This document shows positions 1 through 17,060 of a stretch of 64,000 nucleotides of DNA, piece by piece. The stretch lies in assembly GCA_951406725.2 (NCBI GenBank), contig OX597836.1, positions 49,848,001-49,912,000 on the forward strand, in the 5' to 3' direction. Position 1 is the first letter of the stretch, and each line of letters opens with the position of its first letter. Origin of the DNA: Octopus vulgaris (Eukaryota). The notes below the pieces were generated by a model. The model worked only from the letters and a program-made list of their open reading frames with translations. It was not told the DNA's origin and ran no database searches. The position numbers and the translations under genes were made by a program.

Positions 1-244
1 ATTAGTAGATATGCTTTTTCTTATACACACACACACTTGCTAGGTATGGGGTGTGGGATTAAACATTTAAATTACAAATTTTCTTTTTGTTGTTGCTTAA
101 ATCCCAGCAATGGACCACAGCATCATCGTTCCATAAAAATAGAAAATGGAGAAGCTCTAACTTAAGTGGGTCTGCTATTCTGACAGTCTGCCAAGACATT
201 CTATTGTTAAAATTACCTGGCAATGGCAGGATACTCAGCTAGTG

Positions 245-278
<34 letters not shown>

Positions 279-623
279 GTTACTACAAACATGAACAAAG
301 AGAAAACACAACAACGTGAGGAGGTGAAACAAGTATAGTGTTATTGGATGCTCAGGAAAGGAAAGAAAGAAGGAGGATTTAATGTTTTGAGCGGAGCTCT
401 TTGTCAGAAACATAGAAAAAGGAAAGGTCCAAGGAAGGGAAGATGGAGAAACGATACACATACGGTCAAATGCAGCACAAAGTTTTGTCAGTGAACAGGT
501 CATAGTTTCAAAGCAACAAAAATATTTTAACACAAATTAAATTTAAATGTTGAAGTGAATCTAATTGTTTTTGTTTTGTGTGTTCTTAATTGGCTTATAA
601 ACATCTTCCATGCTGCAATTGTA

Positions 624-1892
624 CGAGGGGCGTTCAATAAGTAATGCCTCTGACCCACTTGCAGTTGTTTGATCTAGCTGAAATTTTGCATGTGCACTTA
701 TTTATGCCTCTATAGATTAAGTGGCGAATTACAGCTCTGAACTAATTGCGGTTTCTGATTTACAGGTGTTTGAACTGAGTCAAGTGTGAAATGGAGCCTG
801 TTGAGTGTCGAGCAGTGATCTGGTTTTTGTATTTGAAAGGACGCACACCACGGGAGACTTTTGATGAAATGAAAGTAACTTATGGTGATGATGCCCCATC
901 ATATGACCTTGTAAAACGCTGGCATCGTGAATTCAAACATGGTCAGAACTCTGTAGAAACAGCTCCCAGATCTGGTCGCCCCCTTCTGCCGTTGATGAGA
1001 CGTCTGTCCGTCAAGTTGAGGCTGCCATTTTGGAAGGTCAACGCATAACTATTCGCCAAATAGCCCATAAGGTCAAGATTAGTACCGGGTCTGTGGAAAC
1101 TATCATTCATGACCATTTGCATATGCAAAAGGTGTCTGCCAGATGGATTTCCAGGTTGCTCACACCTTTCCAGAAGCAAGAACGCGTTGAGTGCTCGAGG
1201 ATGAATTTGGAGATGTGCCAAGAAGATGAGTCAAAATTTTTCAAAAGACTGATCACACAGGATAAAACCTGGGTCCATCACTATGATCCATAGACCAAAG
1301 CCCAGTCAATGCAGTGAAAGCACCGTGACTCACCTCCTCCAAAGAAGGCAAGGGTGCAGCCCTCCGCTGACAAGGTTATGCTCACAGTCTTCTGGGACCA
1401 GGACGGAGTAGTGATGACAGATTTCCTGGCAAAGGGTACCACAATTACAGGAGCCTATTATGCTTCACTTTTGAGGAAATTAAGAGAAGCTATCAAAATC
1501 AAGAGGCGGGGCAAGATCAGCAAAGGCATCCTCCTCCTGCAGGACAACGCTCCGGTCCACAACTCGCATGTCGCCAGATCAGAAACACAGGCGTGCGGCT
1601 ATGAACTCCTCCCCTTGCACCCTCTGATTTTCACCTCTTCCCAGTCATGAAGTTGATTTTGAAAGGAAAGCATTTCCCAGATGATGCAGCCTTGATTTCT
1701 GAAGTCACGTCGTGGTTGGAGGTCCAAGATGGGGTCTTCTACAAAAACGGTCTCCAGAGCTGTATCAAACGATGGGAGAAATGCATAACTCTGGGTAGTT
1801 CCTATGTAGGAAAAGGCTAATAACTGTGCCAAGTGTCGTTGCTCTACTGCTATGGGAAGTGGGTCAGGGGCATTACTTATTGAACGCCCCTC

Positions 1893-1893
<1 letters not shown>
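624..1893 (+). mobile_element. Full-length mariner DNA transposon (irritans/Bytmar1-like), transposase decayed
   Basis: 37-bp TIRs cgaggggcgttcaataagtaatgcc(t/c)ctgacccactt with 1 mismatch, TA target duplication at 622-623 and 1894-1895, length 1270 bp. The subfamily call rests on TIR and N-terminal resemblance. Confidence 0.95.
791..1820 (+). pseudogene. Mariner transposase pseudogene
   Basis: ORF pieces 791-1048, 1030-1293 and 1354-1650 give an HTH N-terminus, ARWISRLL (WVPxxL-like), ITQDKTWVHHYDP, KVMLTVFWD and LLLQDNAPVH. There are frameshifts, stops and a small deletion in the YSPDLAPSD motif. Confidence 0.93.
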
Positions 1894-1948
<55 letters not shown>

Positions 1949-2419
1949 GATAATGCAGATAGGTTGATGTTCACCACAGCTGTTTCAGATATGTTGAATA
2001 TCAGATATTACATTGTTGGTACACAGGAGCACCATCCCAGACTCTCTCTTGGTGCTTTTACTATCTAAATACTTGATACCTTTGAATCCTGAAAATATAT
2101 ATACAGTTGCTCCAAATTCCATTGAGCACCATTCATGAACACCTGACTAACAGTTTGCAATGGAGAGACAATGTCCAGTAAGAAACATTAACTCTCTTCA
2201 ATTGATCTCTCATTAGGACTCCAATGGCCGAAGGCTAGCCAAGAGTCTGAAACTCAGAGTGCCAAGGATTTGAATCAAACTGTTTTGATCTATACACACA
2301 AGGGGTCTTCACTCAATAAACACTCACAAAGCCCGGTCTGGGAATCGAAACCGCGATACGACTGCGAGTCCGCTGAGCCATTGTGCCTCCACACACACAC
2401 ACACACACACACATGCAAG

Positions 2420-2540
2420 TTTTCTTCAGTTTTCATCTACCAAATTTCCTCACAAGGCATTGGTCGTCCCAGTACTACAGCAGAAGACACTTGCCCAACG
2501 TGCCATACAACAGAATTGAACACTAGACCACCTGGTTAGA
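2420..2540 (-). mobile_element. tRNA-derived SINE fragment (family with ACCTTGGGCAAGTGTCTTCTACTATAG core)
   Basis: The same sequence recurs at about 4355-4510, 17210-17350, 25030-25175, 53870-53945, 56135-56200 and 63430-63575. Confidence 0.7.
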
Positions 2541-3024
2541 AAGTATGTCACACCTAAAAGTGCAAATTCATTTTTAATGGGGAAATTTAATATGTCAACA
2601 GATGTTACACTTATGTTTGGAGAGATAATTAACGAGAAAGGTAAACACACGTACATATATGAATGTGGATACATACACATAGTCATGGACAGACACATAT
2701 ACAGACGCACACGTAGAGTCTGGTGTGTCAGGACAAAGTACGTCTTAATCTAAGAGTTTCACAGATAATCAAGCATAAAACCTTAAGCAGTTAAGCCAAC
2801 CCTGTACATATGTGTGTGCATGTGTGTGTGTGTGTATCTGCGTGTATGTATGTATATATATATATATATACATACACACACACACACACATACGCACACA
2901 TGTACATTCACCTACACATATGCATACACCCACACACACATACATAGACGCACATACATATACTTCTGCACACACTTATACACACATATTCATATGCACA
3001 CACACACACATGCACACAGATATA

Positions 3025-3533
3025 AATTGAGATCACAGCTGTCGCCTACACCAATGTCGCATAATCAACCCACTCAAAAGTACCTTGGATCGTAGGGCGA
3101 CCTGCTGTGCTTGAGGAAACCTATTGAGTCAAGTACATCAACATCAAAATAAATATCAAACCACAATCAAATGGAAATTGTAGTTGTGGCTGATGCCAGC
3201 ACCACCTGTCTGGCTCCCCATACCAGTGGCACATGAAAAGCACCATCCAAACATGGTTGATGCCAGTCACCTTGCCCCGACTGGCTCCTGTGCTGGTGGC
3301 ACATAAAAGCAGCATCTAAACATGGTCAGTGCCAGCCCCCTCTGGCCCCTGTGCTGGTGGCACGTAAAAAGCACCCACTACACTCTCGGAGTGGTTGGTG
3401 TTAGGGAGGGCATTCGGCTGTAGAAACACTGCCAGATCAGATTGGCGCCTGGTGCAGCCCCTGGCTTCCCAGACCCCAGTCCAACCGTCCAACATGGAAA
3501 ACAGACGTTAAACGATGGTGATGATGATGATGA
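3025..3533 (+). mobile_element. RTE LINE (family A) 3' UTR remnant
   Basis: Matches the 3' UTR of the RTE at 13322-15230 and ends in gacgttaaac followed by a (GAT)n tail. Confidence 0.8.
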
Positions 3534-4713
3534 TATATGTATGTATTTAATATTTTGAGACTAATGAGCATATGTTAATTAGTGTGCTGATGTGTTGATT
3601 AAAGCCCTGGACAGTTTGGTGAAGCTGGTGTCATCTGCTTCAGGATAATAATCGATTAAGTAAACAAAAGATGGAACTGGAATTACTCTTTGTTTTGCAC
3701 GATGACTGTTTTGAGCCGTCCTGCAACTGTGCTTTAAAGGTGGGATGCTGGGCATCATACTATGTTGCATCAATCTGGCAGCCTGGGTCACATCAGGTGC
3801 ATTCATACATAAACTGTGGTGCCTCACTAAAGATCTTCTCATCTATTTACCCACTTCGTTTAGGGAATGAGGTATTGCTATGATTGTCTTTATAGTTAAA
3901 TATCTAAAAAAAAAATTAAATGAAATAAAACATATAAACAACAAAAGAAGAAAAAGAAGAAAAAAGCAAAAACTTTCCCTGGATAAAAAACAGATTTTTT
4001 TCTTCTTTTTCTTTCTTTCTTGTCCAGTTTATATATTTTATTTTATTTTATTTTATTTATTTATATATCTTATTTTATGTTTTATGTATGTATAATATTA
4101 TATATATCTTTTTATCTTTTACTTGTGTCAGTCGTTAGAGTGTGGCCATGCTGGGGCAGCACCTTGAAGAATTTTTAGTTGAACAAATCGACAGTGTGAC
4201 TTACTTTTAAGCCAAGTACTTATTCTATCAATCTCTTTTGCCATACTACTAACTTACAGGGACGTAAACAAACCATCACCAGTTGTGAAGCAGAGATGGG
4301 TGGGGTGACAAGTGCAAACATAAAGAAACACACATAGATATATATAGATATATGGTGGGCTTCTTTCAGTTTCCATCTACCAAATCCCAACAAGGCTTTA
4401 GTTGGCCCAAAACTATACTAGAAGACACTTGCACAAGGTGCTACACAATGGGACTGAACCTGGAATCATGTACTTGGGAAGCTAACTTCTTTCCACAGCC
4501 ATGCCTGCACCTATATAGACATACATACACACACACATACATACATACATACATACACACATATATATACATAGATATATACATACACATATATACATGC
4601 ATACATATCTGAGCGCTATACTAATACATTTGTTTGTTTGTACTCCACCTGCCTTCGTCTTTTGTTTATTTTCGTAAACTTTCCCTTTATATATATATAT
4701 ACATACACATATG

Positions 4714-4764
<51 letters not shown>

Positions 4765-4951
4765 ACTGGCAGATCAGCTTGGAGCCTGGTGCAGCCTCCT
4801 GGCTTCCCCGACCCCAGTCAAACCATCCAACCCATGCCAGCATGGAAAGCGGACATTAAACGATGATAAGGATATTTAAAATAGGGAGTTATTTTTCAAT
4901 CACCCTGTGTGTGTGTATGTGTGTGTGTGTGCATGTCTATATATATATGTA

Positions 4952-5023
<72 letters not shown>

Positions 5024-5028
5024 TATAT

Positions 5029-6295
5029 GGGGCATGTTGGATGGCAATCCAGTATCTTCACAGGTGTACACAGGGGGCCATAATATTGGTTCCCAAAATG
5101 AGGTGGGAACCAGGCTACTGGAGTTCTGTGATAAATGTAACCTTTTAATCTGCAACACTAACTTCAGGAAGCCAGAGAGCCACCTGATAATCTATCAATC
5201 AGGTGACTCTGCAAGCCAGAATGGTTGCTCTTAATCACAACGACCCTCCCAGGTTAAGAATCTACCCCCTCCCCCCCTCCCTGCATAGACTAGTCATTAG
5301 TGACTTTAGACTCAAGGCCAGAAGCAGATCAATCCAGAAAAGAAGGATTTGGAAGCTAGTGAACCCTTCACATTGTCAGAAATTTAGGGACATCATCATC
5401 AAGAAGTTTAATGAGGGGGAGGAGGAGCTACAGACCTCGGACATAGAGTGTAGCTGGAAATTCCTATGGGCAGCTACTAAGTGCTACAGACCAAGTCTGC
5501 GGTTGGTGCAAAGTCCCTTCCAGACCATGCCAGGGTGAAAAACTAGAAGTAGTTGATAGCTTCTGCTACCTAGGTGACCAAGTCTGTAGTGATGATGGCT
5601 GCTCAGAGAGTGTTACCACTAGAATAAGAATAGCCAGGGCAAAGTTTAGAATGCTTCTACCCCTACTGACAACAAAGGGCCTCTTGCTCAGAGTAAAAAG
5701 TAGATTGTGCGATGCATGTGTGTGAATTGCTATGCTTCACAGCAGTGAAACATGGGTCGTGAGTGTGGAGGACATGCGTAGGCTCAGAAAAAATGAAGCT
5801 AGCAAGATCCACTGGATGTGTAATGTGAGTGTGCATGCACACAATGGAGTGTAAGCGCCTTGAGAGGCAATGACAAAAGACCGAGACCTCTGTAGATATG
5901 CTGTGACCGAGAAGACCCCGCAAATAAATTGAGATCACAGCTGTAGCCTACGCCAGTGTCACATAATCAACCCACTCAAAAGTACCTTGGATCATAGGGT
6001 GACCTGCCGTGCTTGAGGAGACATATTGAATCAAGTACATCAACATCAAAATCAAATCAAACCACAATTGTAGTTGTGGCTGATGCCAGCACCACCTGTC
6101 TGGCTCCCCGTGCTGGTGGCACATAAAAAGCACCCACTACACTCTCTGAGTGGTTGGCATTAGGAAGGACATCCAGCTGTAGGGAACACTGCCAGATCAG
6201 ATTGGAGCCTGGTGCAGCCTCCTGGTTTCCCAGACCCCCAATCGAACCGTCCAACCCATGCCAGCATGGGAAATGGACGTTAAACAGTGATGATA
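5029..6295 (+). mobile_element. Internally deleted RTE LINE (family A)
   Basis: Endonuclease remnants (NEVGTRLLEFC, LLICNTNFRKPESHLIIYQSG, HRLVISDFRLK), the thumb region ([15 protein letters not shown]) and a 3' UTR with a (GAT)n tail. Confidence 0.85.
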
Positions 6296-6301
6296 TATAT
6301 A

Positions 6302-6823
6302 CAGGGTGTTTGAAAAGTAACTCCCTATTTTAAAATGCTTATGAATTATTTATTAATTGTAAGTTTTACAAAAATTGATTATGAGAGAAGAGCTTTTGAG
6401 GTTTTATTCAAAATTCGATATGGGCCCCAGATGTTGCCACTGGCTTCTTGAGTCCACCCAGAATTGTGTCAACTGGTTTCACCAAGAACTCTGGCAGGAT
6501 GAAAGACATAAATTCTCATATTCACCCTTCAAGTTCTGCCAAAGTCTTTGGTTTGGTGCAGTAAACTTGTTCTTTTAGCCAACTCCAAAGAAAGAAGTCA
6601 CAGGATGTTGAGTCAAGACCCCTGGCTGGCCACTCATGTGGACCACAATGACCCATTCATCTCCAAGAGAAATGGGTATTCAATCATTCACAAACAACAA
6701 GAGCAATATAATTACAGATTAAATTCTCAAACTACAAAAAACAAAACACAAAATAGAGAAAAAAGTTGCAATTAATAAATAATTCATAAGTATTTTAAAA
6801 TAAGGAGTTACTTTCCAATCACC

Positions 6824-6826
<3 letters not shown>
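6302..6826 (-). mobile_element. Non-autonomous Tc1/mariner derivative (rosa/DD41D-like)
   Basis: About 60-bp imperfect TIRs starting CAGGGTG after TA. The minus strand reads GPHEWPARGLDSTSCDFFLWSWLKEQVYCTKPKTLAELEG, similar to WPARSPDLTPCDFFLW. A solo TIR copy lies at about 4872-4906. Confidence 0.8.
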
Positions 6827-6857
<31 letters not shown>

Positions 6858-7044
6858 CCAAGTTGCCATCCTTCACCTATTTCCAAACAAGGCAATATTT
6901 TCCCATGGCTAAACATGTTTTTTATGGAAAACTAAAAGCACACAACATGATGTGTATGACGTTACATGTTTACAATCATCACATGATAAGGCCAGGATGT
7001 ACACACACACATGTATACATGTATGCATGCATATCTTTATCATC

Positions 7045-10000
7045 ATCATCAGCAGCAGCATTTAAAGTCTGTTTTCCATGCTGGCATGAGTTGGATGGTT
7101 TGACAGGAGCCTGGAAGCCATCGGACTGCACTAAGCACTACTTTCACTTTTGGCAGAGTTTCTACAGCAGGATGCTCTTCCAAATGCCAATCTCTTTACA
7201 TAAGGTACTGGTACCAAAAAGGTCATCAAGTAACTTGCGAGACATGGATCCCTCAATTGAGAGGGGGGGTATTGACGGGGGTGGCTTCATACCAGGTGAA
7301 GAGAAGTTAAACTATGATAGAGGATCAGAAACAAGTGTCTTGTAAAGGAGATCCAAGGTTACCCTAGTTGGCGGTGGGGGGGGGGGGGCGGGTCGGTGTT
7401 GATGGTGTGTTCTCATGGTACAGAGAAGTGAATGTAAGTGGAGAAGATTGGACAGGATGCAAGAGCAGGCAGTTCGTGGGAGAGCAAACGGAGAGAAGGA
7501 GAGAAGGGGAATGCAGAGAGTGTTGAATGGGGTTACAAAGGGGGGGTGGTGGCAGAATAGCAATGATTCATTTGACAGGTGAAGGACAGTGGGGAAGGAT
7601 AGGGGCTTCAAGGGTGGTAGGAGGATGGGGAGGAGGAGAGACAAGCATGATGTATAATATGCAGTTTGGTTAATTGGATAGGAAAAGGGGTGGATTCATG
7701 TAATGTGTGGGTGAAGAGAGCACATCATACACAGAGCTTGCAGAGTTTCGTTCTGCTGAGGATGGTGATGCTTCTCAAGAACCTCATCCTCGTATTACCA
7801 GACATTCCAGTCCATTGTCCTCTCCATGATGCACAACATCTTGAGATCAGTCTTCAACACTTCATCCAATGTCTTCTAGGGTCTCCTCCTTCCATCACAT
7901 GATAAGGCCACTTCTTTATACACCTCTCCTCATTCCGATGCATCACACGACCGAAACCTCGTTGTCTTCTCTCTTGCATGATTCCTTTTATGCATGAATT
8001 TTATCTCATTTACACTTTGTCATATATATGCACTGATGTTTTGTACATCCAATGGAGCATACTAGCTCCATTCTGCTCTAGTCTACACATGTTGTCTGCA
8101 TTCAGGGCTCAGGCTTCCTTACCATGGAGCATAGCCATTCCCACGCAAGCATCATACAATCTGCCTTTCACTCTGAGAAAGAGGCTTTTAGTTGCCAACA
8201 GAGGTATCTGAACTTCCTCCATCCGATTCATATTCTAGCAATAATACTTTCAGAATGTCCCCTTCCATTGCTAATTTGGTTACCTAGGTAACAGACACCC
8301 TATGTAACAGCAACTCCTCATGGACATTTGAGAAAATTGAATTCCTGTGTGTCCTTAGTGCTTATTGTTCTTATGCATATACAAAGAACAAACTCTTTGT
8401 TGACTGATCTGTGATTTCATTGTACCTTTTATGTGTCCATGTGCCAGATACAACAAATGGAATTTCTTCCAACACCTTTCCTACATATTGAGCAGAACCA
8501 TTTACCTAAAAGAAAGACAGCATTGTCTAACAACTTTGATCTTCACCAGGTTAACTTTAAAGCCCTTTGATTCCAGGTTTTTCTTCTATATCTGGAATTT
8601 CTTTTCCTGGTATGGAAACAACCTAGAATTCCACTATAAGATGAGCTATAAGATGAGCTTATAGTAGTTCCCATGGCAAACCAGTTTTAAATTCCTCTAT
8701 TATGGCCTGGAGGACTATGATGAGTAAAAGGACACAGAGATCTGAGCCCTAGCAAACTCCTACCTGCATGCTGAACTCATCACGTGGCTGACTTTCACCC
8801 TACTGACTGCATCACTATACATGACTTTTATGGCTCTAACAAGCCATTTATCTACTCCTAACCTCCTTAAAGACCACCAGATAACAGAACAAGGGATGCT
8901 GTCAAAGACTTTCTCCAGATTAACAAATGCCAAGCACAATGGTTTACTTTTAGCTTTATACTTTTCTTGCATTTGTCTCACTTGGAAGTGAGTTTAACTT
9001 GGGCTTTAATAATTCTCTCCACAACTTTCATGACTTTGACCAGTATTTCGATACCTCTTCAATTACTTCTAAGGCATCTTCCTTGTAACGGCCAACCATA
9101 ATACTGCTACACTAGTCATCAGATATGATACCTTCCTGTATAACTTGACTCACCATACAGGCAACTAGGCCATATCCTACTCCACCAGAGTATTTTAAGC
9201 ATCTTCGTGGCAATTCCTGATGGACAAAGAGCCTTCCCAGTGTTCATGTCCTTAATTGCCTTATCTATCATACTGCTGTGAACTAGGATAGCTGATCCCT
9301 CTGTTAGGTCAATGTTGGAGAGACTCCCTTCGTCCACTGCATTGTCCACATTTAATAGCCTTTCATTGCCATTATCTGTCTACACACACTTCTCACCTAC
9401 AACATTTCTCCTTTTCTCTCTCTAATCCACTGTTTTGCAATCCAGAGCACCTCATGCTTCTGACCCTGATGCTGTAAAATACTGGCCAGTCTCCTACTTT
9501 CTGCCTGTTTGTTGGATCTTTGAGCTTCCATGACCTCTTTTTCCAAACTTGTTTGTTTGTCCAAGTCTTGGCTCTAATTCTGATGTCACTAACTACTAAT
9601 CTATGCTGGGGTGTATATTCTTCAACTGAGAAAGACTTTGTATTTCCAAGCATCTGTCTGTCTCATTGTCTAGTAAGGATGTAGTCAATCTGGCTTGTGT
9701 GCCCACTGGATTGATAGGGGATTAGGTGGCTAACTGGCTGGTTGCTTGAAGCTAATGTTTCAAATCATCAGATCATTTGCATGACAGAACTCCAGGAACC
9801 TTGTTCCCTTCTAATTTCTAGAGCCAAAACCATAACCTCCATACACGCCAAGAAATCCATGAGGATACTGCGTAATATGTCCATTGAAGTAATCCGTCAC
9901 AATAATCAAGTCTCTATCATTTGTTGTTGAGATAGTATGCAAAAGGACCTCATAAAAATTGGTCTTTCTAATCATTTGTCAGTTCAGAATGTGGAGCATA

Positions 10001-10290
10001 GACAGAGATAAATATAACTGTTCGTTTATCTAAGATAAGTCCCAGCTTAACAATCTCATCACACACTCTGACTATCTAAATTACCTTATCTACCCATTTT
10101 TCTGCCAAACGTATGCCTACACCACCCATCATATTACTGTTGCCTACAAAAAGGAATTTGTACCTATGTTCTTTGGAATGTAGGTGGAATGTAGCAGAGG
10201 CTCTCTTCGGTTTTGCTTCTTGCACATCACACACCTACATAACAAAACTCAATCTTTTCAGCAATCTCACCAGTCCTACCTTTCATTGCA
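7045..10290 (-). mobile_element. Degenerate, near full-length RTE LINE (family A lineage)
   Basis: The minus strand runs from endonuclease (PQHRLVVSDIRIR) through RT (RQMQEKYKAKSKPLCLAFVNLEKVFDSIPCSVIWWSLRRLG) and thumb to a 3' tail near 7045. Many stops and deletions. Confidence 0.8.
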
Positions 10291-10963
10291 CCTACACTGA
10301 TAATGGCTGCCCTAAAGTCGTTGTACTTGCAAGGAAGAGAGGGAAGACAGTTGGAATATGGCTGTTGTCAGTGCCTGTAAAGAAGACCTGTGAGCTGGCA
10401 GAGAAATCTGGTACATAGATAATAGTTAATTTACTCAAAGAATTACAATTTCCTAAATTCTGTACATCATCTAGAGTGAGTGCACCAAAAGGGAAAGGCA
10501 AAGGAAGGGGACGGGGCTTCAGATTGGCAAGAAGGGAGGATGGGGTGTGCACACACAGCAAGGGGCTTAAATATCTATATCCATATGCAAACACACATGT
10601 ATACATCCAACATAAATATATATATATATATATATATATACATGCATACATGTGTATGGTGGCAGAAACGAAAGCACCCAAATATCATATACCTACAGGA
10701 CAAGTGAGGATGCATAATGAGTTGCCAGGAGCAAAAACTGAAATGAGAACTGTGGAGGTGGGTCAGAGTGGATTGGAAAAGTAGGTGACAAAGATGCTGG
10801 CTGCCATTAAACTCTATAAGAATCTATTATACAGTGCTCAGTATTACATGGACCAAATATAATTATATAACATTTAATTATCATTAATGCTATTAAAAGT
10901 ATATGCTAACAAATATATATATATACATGCATATATATACATATATATGTATATATATATATG

Positions 10964-10993
<30 letters not shown>

Positions 10994-11000
<7 letters not shown>

Positions 11001-11128
11001 ATATTTCGGAATGGTCATATTGCCAGTTTAGCCAATTAACTGGCAATATGACCATTCCGAAATATAACAATATCTGTTTCAACACACGACTTCACATAAA
11101 AAATCTTGCACAACAAATATTTAAACGT
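10994..11128. repeat. Perfect 35-bp inverted repeat plus unique tail inside a (TA)n tract
   Basis: tattgttatatttcggaatggtcatattgccagtt, a short loop, its exact reverse complement, then about 57 nt of non-repeated tail. Confidence 0.8.
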
Positions 11129-11148
11129 ACTATATATATATATATATA

Positions 11149-15230
<4,082 letters not shown>

Positions 15231-15231
15231 A

Positions 15232-15305
<74 letters not shown>

Positions 15306-15306
<1 letters not shown>

Positions 15307-15682
15307 ACAAAATCAAAAGCAAACTCGATGAACATTGATGGAATTTGTAGTTTTGTGGTACCAGTGCCGGTGGCACATACGAAAACCATCTGAACATGGC
15401 CGTAGCCAGTACCGCATTGATTGGCCTCCGTGCCGGTGGCACGTAAAAAGCACCATTTGAGCGTGCCCGTTTGCCAGCCTCATCTGGCACCTGTGTCGGT
15501 GGCACATAAAATCACCCACTACACTCTCAGAGTGGTTGGCATTAGGAAGTGCATCCAGCTGTAGAAACACTGCCAGATCTGACTGGCCTGGTGCAGCCTT
15601 CGGGCTTCCCAGACCCCAGTTGAACCGTCCAACCCATGCTAGCATGGAAAGCAGACGTTAAACGATGATGATGATGATGATG
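15306..15682 (+). mobile_element. Second RTE family A 3' end
   Basis: A near copy of 14480-15230 with only one unit of the 63-bp repeat, ending in a (GAT)n tail. Confidence 0.85.
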
Positions 15683-15713
<31 letters not shown>

Positions 15714-15899
15714 TGTATGTATAATGTCATTATTCAATTTTATTTCAAAATTTCTTGCCAGTAGAGAAAGAGCTGGTTTCTAACCAAGATCCAAGGCTCC
15801 TTCATTGGAATTTCAACATCAACAACAGAGTATTTTGTTTGTATGTATGGATGTATGTCTTTCTATTTTTTGATTATTATCAAATTTGCCACAAAGGTA

Positions 15900-17060
15900 G
15901 GAACCAGTTTCCAACAAAGATACAAGGCTTCATATTTGGTATGAAGTTAACACAGACAAGTTCACATTTAGAACTTCAGAAAAGCCTTGCATATTTTTAC
16001 ACACACTGCACTTGTAATGTACAAATCAGCCAGTCAATTTCCCTTTCTGAAAATCCCAGTTCATCCAGATTCTCCTTTAAGCATTTACTAACAAAACCCA
16101 GTGCTCCAATTATTATCGGTATGAACAGGAATTCATAGTCTGGATACAGAAACTGGAGGTTTTGAGGCAATTGTCCATAAATATCCTCTTTTTCTTTGTT
16201 TTTCAAAGAGACATTTATATCCGCTGGGCAGCTGACCTCTATCATGGTACATACCTTTGCCCTTCTGTCCCAAACAACAATGTTATGTTTACATTTGACT
16301 GAAGTTTTGATGGGAATATTCCACCAGTATTCCTTGAGTTGGTGTTTATGAATGTATTCCATAACAGAGGGATTTTCTAAGTTTATTTCAGGAGAGTCTT
16401 TTTTGCGGAGGGCATTGTAAATTGTTTAAGCAACAACATCGTTCCGCATTGGGAGGTTGTACCGTGACAACATTTTAGGACAGTTGCTAATCACATGCAT
16501 AATGACTTCCACAGAAGCATGACATAGCCTACACATGGGGTTGCACCTTGGGATTACAAAAGCATCCCTGCCTCTCTTGTTCACCAGGTACTTTGTGGCC
16601 ATCTCCTGTTCATGGATTGCAAACGCATAGCCTACAAAGTGTGATGTGATATAGTGGTCTTGTGTCCAAAAGAGGCTGTGCTTCATGTCAATTCTACTAT
16701 CTTCAAGCTTCCGGGCAACATACCCATGCATAGTCTTTATTCTGTATGATGTGTGCTTTCCATCCAGGTCTTCTCTGAGGTAAGAGAGAGCCCAGCTGTT
16801 TTGGGGCTGTATAGGAGATCATCAGGAAGAGGGTGCTTCTTGAGGAGCTCACTGCCCACTCGTACAATGTTGCTCACTTCACTTTTCAGGACTGCATTTA
16901 TGTATTTATTTTTGCTGCTGTTGTTCAGCAGGTGCTGCCTGAGTGATACGGTATTCGAAGGCCGTCTACACTCTACCACCTTCATTTCTTCTTCGGCAGA
17001 GCCTGTCAACATCACTGTTTCTGTGAAAGTTCCCAGTTGTTGTCAGCATTTTGCAGGTTT
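15900..17060 (-). mobile_element. R4/Dong-like non-LTR retrotransposon 3' fragment (RLE type)
   Basis: CCHC finger CRLCHASVEVIMHVISNC, then RNDVVA, then the restriction-like endonuclease region EYWWNIPIKT...IVVWDR...MIEVSCPAD...KEKEDIY...IPIIIGALG. Confidence 0.85.

Noticed and set aside
3579-3883. Short ORFs in apparently unique sequence
   Set aside because: No recognisable motifs or convincing splice sites.
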